Below are positions 1-7,450 of a stretch of DNA of 40,691 bases, piece by piece. Each line of letters starts with the position of its first letter. Positions within the stretch are counted from its first letter, which is position 1. The notes beneath the pieces were generated by a model. That model was not told where the DNA came from. It made no database searches and worked only from the letters and a program-made list of their open reading frames with translations. Both the position numbers and the translations under genes were made by a program. The stretch comes from Phycisphaerales bacterium (GTDB lineage: Bacteria; Planctomycetota; Phycisphaerae; SM23-33), in contig JABGPF010000003.1 in assembly GCA_018645065.1 (NCBI GenBank), forward strand, positions 5,971-46,661, read 5' to 3'.

Positions 1-586
1 AAGATTACGACCAAGGGCGTCCGTGCGAACCTGGCCAGGGGCGTTCTGGGTTCTGCCGGCGACTTCCAGGCGAGCCTGAATCTGAGCGGCGCCGATAGTA
101 AAGGCGTATCGCTTGGCAGCGCCACCATTAAGGGCGAGATCGCGTGCGTGTGGGATATCGAAGGTGCTACCGGTGCGATCAAGGCCAGCACTACCGGGGC
201 GACCTGGGTTCTGGACGCCGAGGGTTTCGTTAAGAGTATAGACGGCGCCAATGGCCTGGCTGGGAATCTGTCGGCGCTTTACTTCGATAAGATTTCAAGC
301 AAGGGCGATCTTTCTGCGGTGATCACGGCTAACGGAGCCGACGCCAGGAAGGGTACGTCGATCGGCGCGATTACTGCCGGATCGGCTGCGGACCTGTCGA
401 TCACCGTCCCGGGCGGTATCGGGGCTATCACGTTAATCGAGTGCGTCAACAGTGATCAAACCGAAGACACCATCACTGCCGCTTGGATCGGTAAGATTAC
501 GACCAAGGGCGTCCGTGCGAACCTGGCCAGGGGCGTTCTGGGTTCTGACGGCGACTTCCAGGCGAGCCTGAATCTGAGCGGCGCCG
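1..586 (+). repeat. 94-bp intragenic direct repeat (1-94 and 493-586)
   Basis: The copies differ at one base (ttctgCcggc vs ttctgAcggc). The offset of 492 nt keeps the frame. Copy 1 may extend beyond the window edge. Confidence 0.95.
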
Positions 587-984
587 GTATTGCTTCTGGT
601 AAGGCAGTCCTTGGCAGTGCGGCCGTTGCGGGCGTCTGGAAGGCCGGTAGTTGCGAGATTCTTGGAAATGTTGATAAAGTGACCGTCGGGTCAATGGCGG
701 GCAAACTCCTGCTGGGTTGTGTCGCACTGAGCGGAAATGCGTCCGACTTTGCTGGTAACGAGTTCACTTTGAAAAGCTTAACTGTCAAAGGTATTGGCGG
801 TGAATACTTCCGCCAAGACAGCCAACTTGGCGCCTGGGAGATTGGCAGTCTCACCTTTGGCGGTCAGGAGCCTTTACCAGACGGGACGATCGAGTTCCAC
901 GAGTTGCCCAGATCAAAGAACGTACCGGGGCTTGCGGGTAATCCCGTAGGCAATCCCGGTCAATACGACCTGCTCGAAGTATAG
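1..984 (+). CDS. 3' end of a large repetitive Gly/Ala/Ser/Thr-rich extracellular protein (5'-partial)
   Basis: Frame 1 is open from base 1 (KITTKGVRANLARGVLGSAGDFQASLNLSGA...) to TAG at 982-984, so the 148 start in the ORF track is internal. The module KITTKGVRANLARGVLGSxGDFQASLNLSGA recurs 164 aa later. Confidence 0.75.
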   Translation, partial: KITTKGVRANLARGVLGSAGDFQASLNLSGADSKGVSLGSATIKGEIACVWDIEGATGAIKASTTGATWVLDAEGFVKSIDGANGLAGNLSALYFDKISSKGDLSAVITANGADARKGTSIGAITAGSAADLSITVPGGIGAITLIECVNSDQTEDTITAAWIGKITTKGVRANLARGVLGSDGDFQASLNLSGAGIASGKAVLGSAAVAGVWKAGSCEILGNVDKVTVGSMAGKLLLGCVALSGNASDFAGNEFTLKSLTVKGIGGEYFRQDSQLGAWEIGSLTFGGQEPLPDGTIEFHELPRSKNVPGLAGNPVGNPGQYDLLEV

Positions 985-1013
985 CCGAACTGGCTCGGTG
1001 TTCCACCTGAACG

Positions 1014-1044
1014 GGAGACAGGCAGCACATGTTGCCCTATCTCC
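1014..1044. other. Imperfect palindrome between convergent genes (possible terminator or REP-like element)
   Basis: ggaga-ca-ggcagca-ca-tgttgcc-cta-tctcc, with no clear U-tract. Confidence 0.3.
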
Positions 1045-1217
1045 ACCGGTCTCAAAACAGCAAGCCGGAAAGTAATCGACGCCATGGCTCGGGGAGTCAG
1101 CGGTACCAGCGGCGCCGATGATACGAAACGTTGGGCTAACAAAACAATATAAGCGTTGGTATGGAAAGAACGCATGGGACACAAAGGTATGCTTCCATTT
1201 GTCTCTCTTCCCGGTGA

Positions 1218-1595
1218 TTAACGGTCTTTTGCGGTGGGCATGTCTTCCAGGCGTTTGGTTGCTTTGGCTGACCAGTCTGTGTCGGGGTGTTTGTCGACGA
1301 TCTTCTTGAGGTAGACCTTGCTCTTGTCGGAGAGGCCTGCGGCTGCATAGCTGTCGGCTAGTTTCCACCAGGAACTGCACTGTCGATTCGCGGCCTCTTT
1401 GGGCGAGAGCGGTTTCTTGGTGATGGTCGGCTTCTTCGGGCGGCGGGGTGCTTTTTTGACCGGTTTGACCGGCTTGGGCGCGGGTTTGGTTTTCTTCTTG
1501 TTCTGTAAGTTGATCAGTTTGGCGAGGGCTCTGCCCATACCGTCGCCGACTAGCATGTATGTCTCGGCATTGTTTCCGTAGTGCGATCCACCGCC
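1218..1595 (-). pseudogene. 5'-truncated remnant: C-terminus of a probable SGNH/sialate O-acetylesterase-type protein, followed by a Lys/Pro linker and a TPR-like tail
   Basis: Reading in frame upstream of the ATG at 1556 gives GGGSHYGNNAETYMLVGDGMGRAL, which resembles the HxxxNAETYxLVGDxxGxA tail of planctomycete SASA-family esterases. It is followed by a KPAPKPVKP linker and a helical hairpin (KVYLKKIVDKHPDTDWSAKATKRL). There is no room for the N-terminal domain before the stop of the upstream gene at 1640. Confidence 0.5.
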
Positions 1596-1639
1596 TCTAA
1601 TAATAGTGAAGCAACGGTGCGCCGGTCGCGTTTGTGGGG

Positions 1640-4105
1640 TTAGAGGCCCATTGTCAGTTTGTTTGCTTTCTTTGAGTCGTATATTTTTCTGCCTTCTCTG
1701 ATGGCTTTTCGCACTTGCTGTTCGATGCGGCGGTACTTTTCGTAGTGCTCCTTGCGTTTCTGGTCGGCTGCGTGAAGGGTCGCGAAACCGGGCATGTCGG
1801 CGCGTGGGAGTTTTTCCAGGGAGGCTTTTCCGGCTTGGATTATCTTCAATGCTTCGGCTCGCTTGGCTGGGGCTTTAATGCGTTTCAGGCAGGGGCTGAT
1901 CTCCGGGCGGTCGAAACAAACTTGCGGGCCGGCGTACAGGTCGGCCTTGTGTAGTTGGTTGGCGCTGAGCCCAGCCAGGGCGAACAGGCGATTGGACTGC
2001 CCTCTATCCAGCGGATTGCGACCGGGCATTGGTCCGGGGCGAGCGGAGTAGCCCGTCGGATAGTAAGGTGCGTTCAGGTCGATCCATGTCACCAGGCGGT
2101 CCATGTCCTCGGCGCTGAGTTTAACCTTTTTGTGCCCTTTTTTGAGCATCTTTATCAACCGGCTGGTTTTCGAGCCCCAGGTCAGCGCAGGTAGGTGTCC
2201 CGCCGGTCCGGCCCCGATGGCGCCGGTAAGTCCTCTGGACTGGATTTCGCAGTATGAAACGTTGAATCCGAAATTCTTGTCGCCAGCCAGCACTATCTTC
2301 TTTGCGCCTTTTTTACCGAAGTCGTGGCACTTGATGCAGTGTTTGTCGAGCACGGGCTGGACTTCGGCGAGGTATCCGAACCGGCGCGGTTTTCCGAGCC
2401 ATGGGTTGAGCTTGCTCGGCGTGCGTTTCAGGGCCTTGGTTAACTCGGTCGGTTTTCCCGGCGAAGTTGTCGCGCTCCTCGATTCATGGCAGCCGACGCA
2501 CCCTCGCCGCTCACCGGAATGGACGGATGTTCCGGTGCGCATGGAGTGGATCATCATCCCGTCTTCGTCCAGCAGTTGGAAGTAAACGAATCGGTCTGAC
2601 GGGACGTAAAACGATGCGCTGCCGTCTTTCTCGACAGGCGCCGTGCCCAGGACCGTTTTGGCGATGAAGCCGGACCATCCGATTGCCCCTTCCTGGTGCC
2701 CAAGGGCCCGCCAGATGTGCCCGGATTTTCCACGCTTGCTGTGGGCCTGCACGACTCGCACGTGCTTGACCGATCCGGGCGTAACGTGCTTCATGTGCGT
2801 GCCGATGTAGACGTTCTGGATGTAGAAATGCCCGTCATTGTCCGCATAGTCGCGAGTAGAGGCCATCGCCACCGGTTTGGGATGAGGCGCAAGGGGCATG
2901 GGGTCGTAGCAGCCGGGTTTTTCCGCGTGGATCTTGGCGTCATTACCATTGACGTCGCCCAGGCGGATCTCGGCTCCGATACGGCGCTGCGGGGCAACTA
3001 CGTACAGAAACTGCGTGCTGTTGATGGGAAACGGGCAGTTGTACCAGGGCTTAACGGTGTTGAGATTGTCGTTCCAGCCGTGCAGGCGGTAGTTGTGGTT
3101 TTGGGGAAGAAGGGCTCGGGCCTCGTCCGGCCAGATGCTGGTCATTTTCCCTATGCCCTTAAGCTTGGCGGACGCATTTTTCGGGATCGACAACTTTTGG
3201 GGGTTGTCAAAGCGAGTGATTACATCTTGCGGCCAGGTGCGTTCGATGGACTTTCGCCCGTCGACGGATATCTGCGGATTTATAATCGCCAGCGCCCCGC
3301 CAAGCGAACCGTGATGAGTGCCCAGAATGCATATGAACTTTCCGGTTCCGGGTATCGCCCGGGCGGTCCATGGCGATGCGGGGTGAGCGGTGTTGTTGCC
3401 CCAGATGATCGCCTGGTTTGTACCGTCGGGATTGGCTACCCAGAAACCGTGTCCGTCTCCGAAATTCCGGTCGACATAGTCCCAGCGGTTATAGAGTATC
3501 CGCCCGTCGGGCATGAGCGACGGTTCGTTTTCGTGAACCGTGCTCCTGGTTATCTGGTGTATGTTCGCTCCGTCTGGGTCCATTCGGAACATCTGCGGGA
3601 CCAGTTGCCCGGCGCAGGGGACGATCTTGATGTCTCTCGTGGAGCAGAAGGCGATTTTACCGTCGGGCAGGTAGATCGGATCGACGTCGTAGACGTCCGG
3701 GGCGAAGGTCAACTGCTTCGGTTTGCACAGGCCGGTGTCGGTGAACAGTCTAGCCGGATCGATGGTGATTTCGTAGATGTGGAAAACATCTTGCCCGGTG
3801 AGGCACATGGAAAACACTACTCGTTTCCCGTCGAAGTTAACGCACGGTCTCCTGATCATGCCTTTCGGCGCCGAGACCAGGACGCGAGTTTTTCCGGTCG
3901 ACGGGTCCAGAGCTTTCAGGCTGGCTCCCATCTTGAGGAAGCATCTCGGGCGCATATATGCGTGAGTCCCGTCCCGGTCTGGCGCCCGGAGCGTATAGAG
4001 AATCGGGGTCTTGCCGAGCACCTTTTTAGCGTCCAGGGCTCCGGCGGACGCCGAACCGACCAGCAAGCTCAGTGTAAGCAAGATTTGCACAGTGCGATAA
4101 ATCAT
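1640..4105 (-). CDS. Secreted HzsA-like (hydrazine synthase alpha middle-domain family) beta-propeller protein with two c-type haem motifs
   Basis: Signal peptide (LLVGSASA). PD40-like repeats (DVDPIYLPDGKIAFCSTR, ENEPSLMPDGRILYNRWDYVDR, NPDGTNQ). Middle domain GTAPVEKDGSASFYVP...FQLLDEDGMMI. CVGCH at 2486-2500 and CIKCH at 2324-2338. Confidence 0.8.
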   Translation of the reverse strand: MIYRTVQILLTLSLLVGSASAGALDAKKVLGKTPILYTLRAPDRDGTHAYMRPRCFLKMGASLKALDPSTGKTRVLVSAPKGMIRRPCVNFDGKRVVFSMCLTGQDVFHIYEITIDPARLFTDTGLCKPKQLTFAPDVYDVDPIYLPDGKIAFCSTRDIKIVPCAGQLVPQMFRMDPDGANIHQITRSTVHENEPSLMPDGRILYNRWDYVDRNFGDGHGFWVANPDGTNQAIIWGNNTAHPASPWTARAIPGTGKFICILGTHHGSLGGALAIINPQISVDGRKSIERTWPQDVITRFDNPQKLSIPKNASAKLKGIGKMTSIWPDEARALLPQNHNYRLHGWNDNLNTVKPWYNCPFPINSTQFLYVVAPQRRIGAEIRLGDVNGNDAKIHAEKPGCYDPMPLAPHPKPVAMASTRDYADNDGHFYIQNVYIGTHMKHVTPGSVKHVRVVQAHSKRGKSGHIWRALGHQEGAIGWSGFIAKTVLGTAPVEKDGSASFYVPSDRFVYFQLLDEDGMMIHSMRTGTSVHSGERRGCVGCHESRSATTSPGKPTELTKALKRTPSKLNPWLGKPRRFGYLAEVQPVLDKHCIKCHDFGKKGAKKIVLAGDKNFGFNVSYCEIQSRGLTGAIGAGPAGHLPALTWGSKTSRLIKMLKKGHKKVKLSAEDMDRLVTWIDLNAPYYPTGYSARPGPMPGRNPLDRGQSNRLFALAGLSANQLHKADLYAGPQVCFDRPEISPCLKRIKAPAKRAEALKIIQAGKASLEKLPRADMPGFATLHAADQKRKEHYEKYRRIEQQVRKAIREGRKIYDSKKANKLTMGL

Positions 4106-4159
4106 GGAAAGTCCTCTCTATCTATCAGTAAACAATCCTATTACGGCGCCTTCACCATG

Positions 4160-4187
4160 ATTGTACCCGATACGGAGCGTTGAGCAA
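4160..4187 (-). promoter_or_regulatory. Candidate sigma70-type promoter of the 821-aa gene
   Basis: TTGCTC-N16-TACAAT on the minus strand, 55 nt upstream of the ATG. Confidence 0.4.
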
Positions 4188-4440
4188 GTGGGATATGGTA
4201 AGGCAATGTTCTTTCATAACAACTGGACCGAAGAACCGGGACAAGTTAGGGGGGCGCCGTTTTGGGCGATTGTTTGGTGATTCTTATTTGTTTACATGCA
4301 TTCAATTGCTTTCTGGTTGGTCGGTTGATGATGTGGTACGATCGGTTTAAAGGGATTGTTGGATCGCTTGCGATGGCGGTGATTGTTTGGGTGGCGTTTT
4401 AATGTTCGTTATGCATATGATTGGGTCGGGATGAAAACTG

Positions 4441-5088
4441 ATGAGTATAGTAACACAACCTTTTGAGTATTTTGTTGTTCTCGATTTCGAGGCCACTTGC
4501 GATCGCGGCAAGGCGCCTGGTCCGCAGGAGATAATTGAGTATCCATCGGTCCTGCTTTCGGGCGAGACGTTCGACGTTATTAACGAGTTCAGGTCGTTTG
4601 TCCGCCCACTGCATAATCCGCGGTTGACGCCGTTCTGTCTGGAGTTGACGGGCATAACACAACAGCAAGTCGATCAAGCACGCCTGTTTCCGGATGTGCT
4701 GGCCGATCATTTGGCGTGGCTACGCGGTAATAATCTGCGGGTAACATCTCAGGGCAGCGGCGCCAATTTCGCTTTCATTTCGTGCGGCGATTGGGACCTG
4801 TTGAAGATGTTTCCATCCCAGTGCAGAGCATGCCTGCCGCCAGTCGGCGACATTCCCCATGCGTTCAGCCGGTGGGTCAATATCAAAAAACACTTCGCCG
4901 CCTGGCGGGGGGTGACCAAGGTGCCCGGAATGGCCGGTATGCTTCGCAAACTCGGACTAGAATTAACTGGTCGACATCACAGCGGCATTGACGACTGCAG
5001 AAACATAGCAAAGATCGCCAGATACTTGGCGAAAAACGGAGTGACACTTACAGCGACCAGCGAACAGTCCAGCGGTGCGGATGGCTGA
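4441..5088 (+). CDS. ERI-1/ERI3-family DEDDh 3'-5' exoribonuclease
   Basis: ExoI VVLDFEATC and EIIEYP; LTPFCLELTGITQ; ExoII CGDWDL; ExoIII GRHHSGIDDCRNIA. All catalytic D-E-D-H-D residues are present. Confidence 0.92.
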   Translation: MSIVTQPFEYFVVLDFEATCDRGKAPGPQEIIEYPSVLLSGETFDVINEFRSFVRPLHNPRLTPFCLELTGITQQQVDQARLFPDVLADHLAWLRGNNLRVTSQGSGANFAFISCGDWDLLKMFPSQCRACLPPVGDIPHAFSRWVNIKKHFAAWRGVTKVPGMAGMLRKLGLELTGRHHSGIDDCRNIAKIARYLAKNGVTLTATSEQSSGADG

Positions 5089-5195
5089 CTCCAATGTCTG
5101 GGGCGGTACGCGAGTAATATGTTCTCAGTCCCCTGACTGCTGAAAGCCTAAGCTTAATACTTAAGGCCTGCGCCCGGCTCCGAGGAGATTGAGAG

Positions 5196-5702
5196 TTATT
5201 TTGGAGGTGTGGCAGGGTGGAGGTGAGCCCATATCGCCCATATCCCCAATGCGATAGTTGCTAGCAATGCTAAGGCGGCTATCACCAGAGACCGTCTTGA
5301 AAGGCTGTTCGCTTGCCGGGCTAGAGTTCTGTCCGCTTCTTTGTCTTGCTTGGTCGCGTCTCGCTCTTGGAGTTCAGTGGCTGCGTCAAATGCGATTCCC
5401 GCTTCGTAGGGGTAAAAGAAGCAGGCGTCTCGCCTGTCTCGTGTGAGAAGGCGTAAGAGTGGTTTGTCGTCGGAATACTCTTCATGGCGTTTGTGTTGCC
5501 ACATTTCTTTCTGGCAACATAAACGGTGTTCGGGGCCTGTAAGCTTATGGATTTCTTGTTTGTTGTTGGCGTTCAGTAGTTTTTTGCGGCCCTTGTCGTT
5601 TAGCGAAGTGCCAAACTCGCCGGATATTCCCAACGGGTGCGTCGTAATGAAATGACAATTGTAACAACAATGGATATCTGGGTGGGGGGTGTCTTTTTCC
5701 AT
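5196..5702 (-). CDS. Hypothetical Cys-rich protein with a C-terminal transmembrane helix
   Basis: 168-aa ORF with CCYNCH, LCC and ACFFYPY motifs, a charged helical segment, then LVIAALALLATIALGIWAIW. It has a candidate promoter directly upstream. Confidence 0.7.
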   Translation of the reverse strand: MEKDTPHPDIHCCYNCHFITTHPLGISGEFGTSLNDKGRKKLLNANNKQEIHKLTGPEHRLCCQKEMWQHKRHEEYSDDKPLLRLLTRDRRDACFFYPYEAGIAFDAATELQERDATKQDKEADRTLARQANSLSRRSLVIAALALLATIALGIWAIWAHLHPATPPK

Positions 5703-5708
5703 GCATTT

Positions 5709-5736
5709 ATCATAGCACTGGGCCTGTCATCGTCAA
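5709..5736 (-). promoter_or_regulatory. Candidate sigma70 promoter giving a leaderless mRNA for the 168-aa gene
   Basis: TTGACG (5736-5731), 16-nt spacer ending in TGc, TATGAT (5714-5709). The ATG follows 6 nt later with no Shine-Dalgarno sequence. Confidence 0.55.
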
Positions 5737-5920
5737 TATCAATTTGCATGATTCCATCTGAGTGAATAGGGGGAACTGTAATTGCGTCTCGTTTTCAAGG
5801 TCGTCCAGCGCGGTGTGCATGGCTTTTCTTGTGCGTGCTGCATGTAGTTGGGAAATGACATACTGTCGGCTGGACAAAGACTTGCTTATAGGTGTTTCAG
5901 GGATTCAAAGCTTTCGAGAA

Positions 5921-6177
5921 GTGTGCGAGGCATTTTTCTGGAATCTGTATTTTGTGGTAAGATAGGTATTTAGATTTTTTTGTGTTCATAGTGCCTTGAT
6001 GTCACTGGCGGTGTCTTTGGAACAGGTGATCAGGTGAGCAGTAGACCGCAGGAGAACTGTTGGCTTAGTGAACAAGTCAGATATTCAGGTCTCGCCGTTG
6101 TTTTTTCACCTGTCACCTGCTCGATTTTCTCCTGCTCTGTGCGCGGGCAATTTCCGCCAGGAAATTGCCTCGCACAC
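5921..6177. mobile_element. 257-bp MITE (non-autonomous IS derivative) with 21-bp terminal inverted repeats and an 8-bp target-site duplication
   Basis: Left end GTGTGCGAGGCATTTTTCTGG (5921-5941) and right end CCAGGAAATTGCCTCGCACAC (6157-6177) match as inverted repeats at 19/21. TTCGAGAA sits directly outside both ends (5913-5920 and 6178-6185). No transposase is encoded inside. Confidence 0.8.
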
Positions 6178-6203
6178 TTCGAGAATAGGCGGGCCAAAAA
6201 GGC

Positions 6204-6231
6204 TTGTCATTTGCGCCCAGGCTGCTATCAT
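6204..6231 (+). promoter_or_regulatory. Candidate sigma70 promoter of the toxin-antitoxin operon
   Basis: TTGTCA-N16-TATCAT with an extended -10 TGc. A downstream inverted repeat TCGTCA-N9-TGACGA (6258-6278) is a possible operator. Confidence 0.45.
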
Positions 6232-6347
6232 GTTATTGGAGTCGTTTGTTAGTCAAGTCGTCATGAATGCTTTGACGATAGATAAAGGGGCTTGAATATA
6301 CGATCTTTGCCCCTGTTGTTGGCGTACCAAAGGATGAGAACGGACCT

Positions 6348-6908
6348 ATGACCACGTTTGTGTTTAAATTTGACAAAGCGCTTCAAGCGGCAGCCTACAT
6401 CCTGCGCCGTGAATCTTCACATGCGATGAATTACATGCGGCTGCTCAAAATCCTCTACATTGCAGACAGGGAAAGCCTTCGGCAGACGGGGCGACCAATC
6501 ACTGGTGACAGGATTGCAGCGATGGAGAGAGGCCCGGTTCTGAGTGAACTTCTCGATCTGATTAAAGGGGAGCATCTTCGCAGCCCAGACTGGGAAAACT
6601 TCATCAAAAGAAGCAGCTACAGCGTTCAACTAGTTGATGAGCCAGGGCTTGCGAACATGAGCCGCTTTGAGATTGAGACGCTTGAAAAGGTCGCCGAAGA
6701 GCATCGTATGCGCGATGAATGGGACATGGTCCAGTACACGCACGACCATTGTCCCGAATGGAAAAAGAATGAACCGGTAGGCCCCGTAAAGGTGAACTGG
6801 ATTCCTCTCGAGGACTTGTTGGACGCCTTGGGGATGTCCGACGATCTGCCAGCTATTACAGAAGACATCAAAGCGGACCATGAGTTCGCAAATCTTTTCG
6901 GAGCTTAA
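6348..6908 (+). CDS. Panacea-domain (SocA/DUF4065) antitoxin
   Basis: KALQAAAYIL...MNYMRLLKILYIADRESLRQTGRPITGD...AMERGPVLSELLDLIK, then LEKVAEE...YTHDHCPEWK. This is the typical Panacea motif order (LLKxLY, GPV, TH..PEW). Confidence 0.88.
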   Translation: MTTFVFKFDKALQAAAYILRRESSHAMNYMRLLKILYIADRESLRQTGRPITGDRIAAMERGPVLSELLDLIKGEHLRSPDWENFIKRSSYSVQLVDEPGLANMSRFEIETLEKVAEEHRMRDEWDMVQYTHDHCPEWKKNEPVGPVKVNWIPLEDLLDALGMSDDLPAITEDIKADHEFANLFGA

Positions 6909-6913
6909 TCCGC

Positions 6914-7300
6914 ATGCCCAATCATGGGGATACATTCCTGCTGGCCAACTCCGGGATTAACAACCATCTTTTCATCATTATTTCTGACCCTTTGTTGGAT
7001 CCTGACAAAATTGTGACGGTCAACTTAACGTCTTGGGATTCGACAAAGGATCAAAGCTGTATTGTGGACTCTGGCGAGCATCCTTTCGTTCGTCATAAGT
7101 CATGCATCCGTTATGAGGGGGACAGGCTGATAACGGCGGAGCAATACGACTTACATTTATCTGGCGACCGCCTGATCTCTCAATCTCCGGTATCAGAGGA
7201 ACTTTTGGGGCGTATTCTGGCTGGTGCGGCAGTATCACGTCACTTCCCGTTAGGCCACCGCAAGATCCTTGAGGATCAGAGGCTAATTGACGGCGAATAG
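6914..7300 (+). CDS. Putative toxin paired with the Panacea antitoxin (PemK/MazF-like fold suspected)
   Basis: Starts 5 nt after the antitoxin stop. The pattern GDTFLL...HLFIIISD...IVTVNLTS...CIV..GEHPFVRHKSCI parallels PemK GDxxxV...VVS...VxxITS. Confidence 0.6.
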   Translation: MPNHGDTFLLANSGINNHLFIIISDPLLDPDKIVTVNLTSWDSTKDQSCIVDSGEHPFVRHKSCIRYEGDRLITAEQYDLHLSGDRLISQSPVSEELLGRILAGAAVSRHFPLGHRKILEDQRLIDGE

Positions 7301-7450
7301 CGTTGGCTGCTTGCGAGGGGCGCCGTTCTGAGCGATACGATAGCAAGCGTAACGGGTTAGCATGAAATCATCGGTTTTCCGCTCGGCCCCGCTGCCCAGG
7401 ACGCCCATTTTCGTGACGCCACAAAAATGGTCGGTCTCTTCATAACCTAC
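7301..7450 (-). pseudogene. dinD: Internal fragment of dinD (DNA damage-inducible protein D)
   Basis: DHFCGVTKMGVLGSGAERKTDDFMLTRYACYRIAQNGAPRKQ matches the DinD hallmark DHF...KMV..GSG..R..DD..LTRYACYLIAQNGDPRK. Both the N- and C-terminal parts are missing. Confidence 0.82.

Noticed and set aside
1596-1875. Programmed -1 frameshift fusing the 821-aa protein to the 1218-1595 fragment
   Set aside because: The alternative frame is open from about 1875, but I see no canonical slippery heptamer with a downstream structure, and the fragment looks like part of an unrelated family.
1640-4105. True hydrazine synthase (anammox)
   Set aside because: No hzsB, hzsC or hao genes are nearby, and HzsA-like domains are common in non-anammox bacteria.
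2696-4183. 495-aa plus-strand ORF
   Set aside because: It lies almost entirely antisense to the motif-rich HzsA-like gene and has no recognisable motifs. This is a typical shadow ORF in GC-rich DNA.
5762-6295. Short ORFs 5762-5965, 6034-6252 and 6068-6295 as genes or transposase pieces
   Set aside because: They straddle the MITE boundaries and show no transposase or other motifs.
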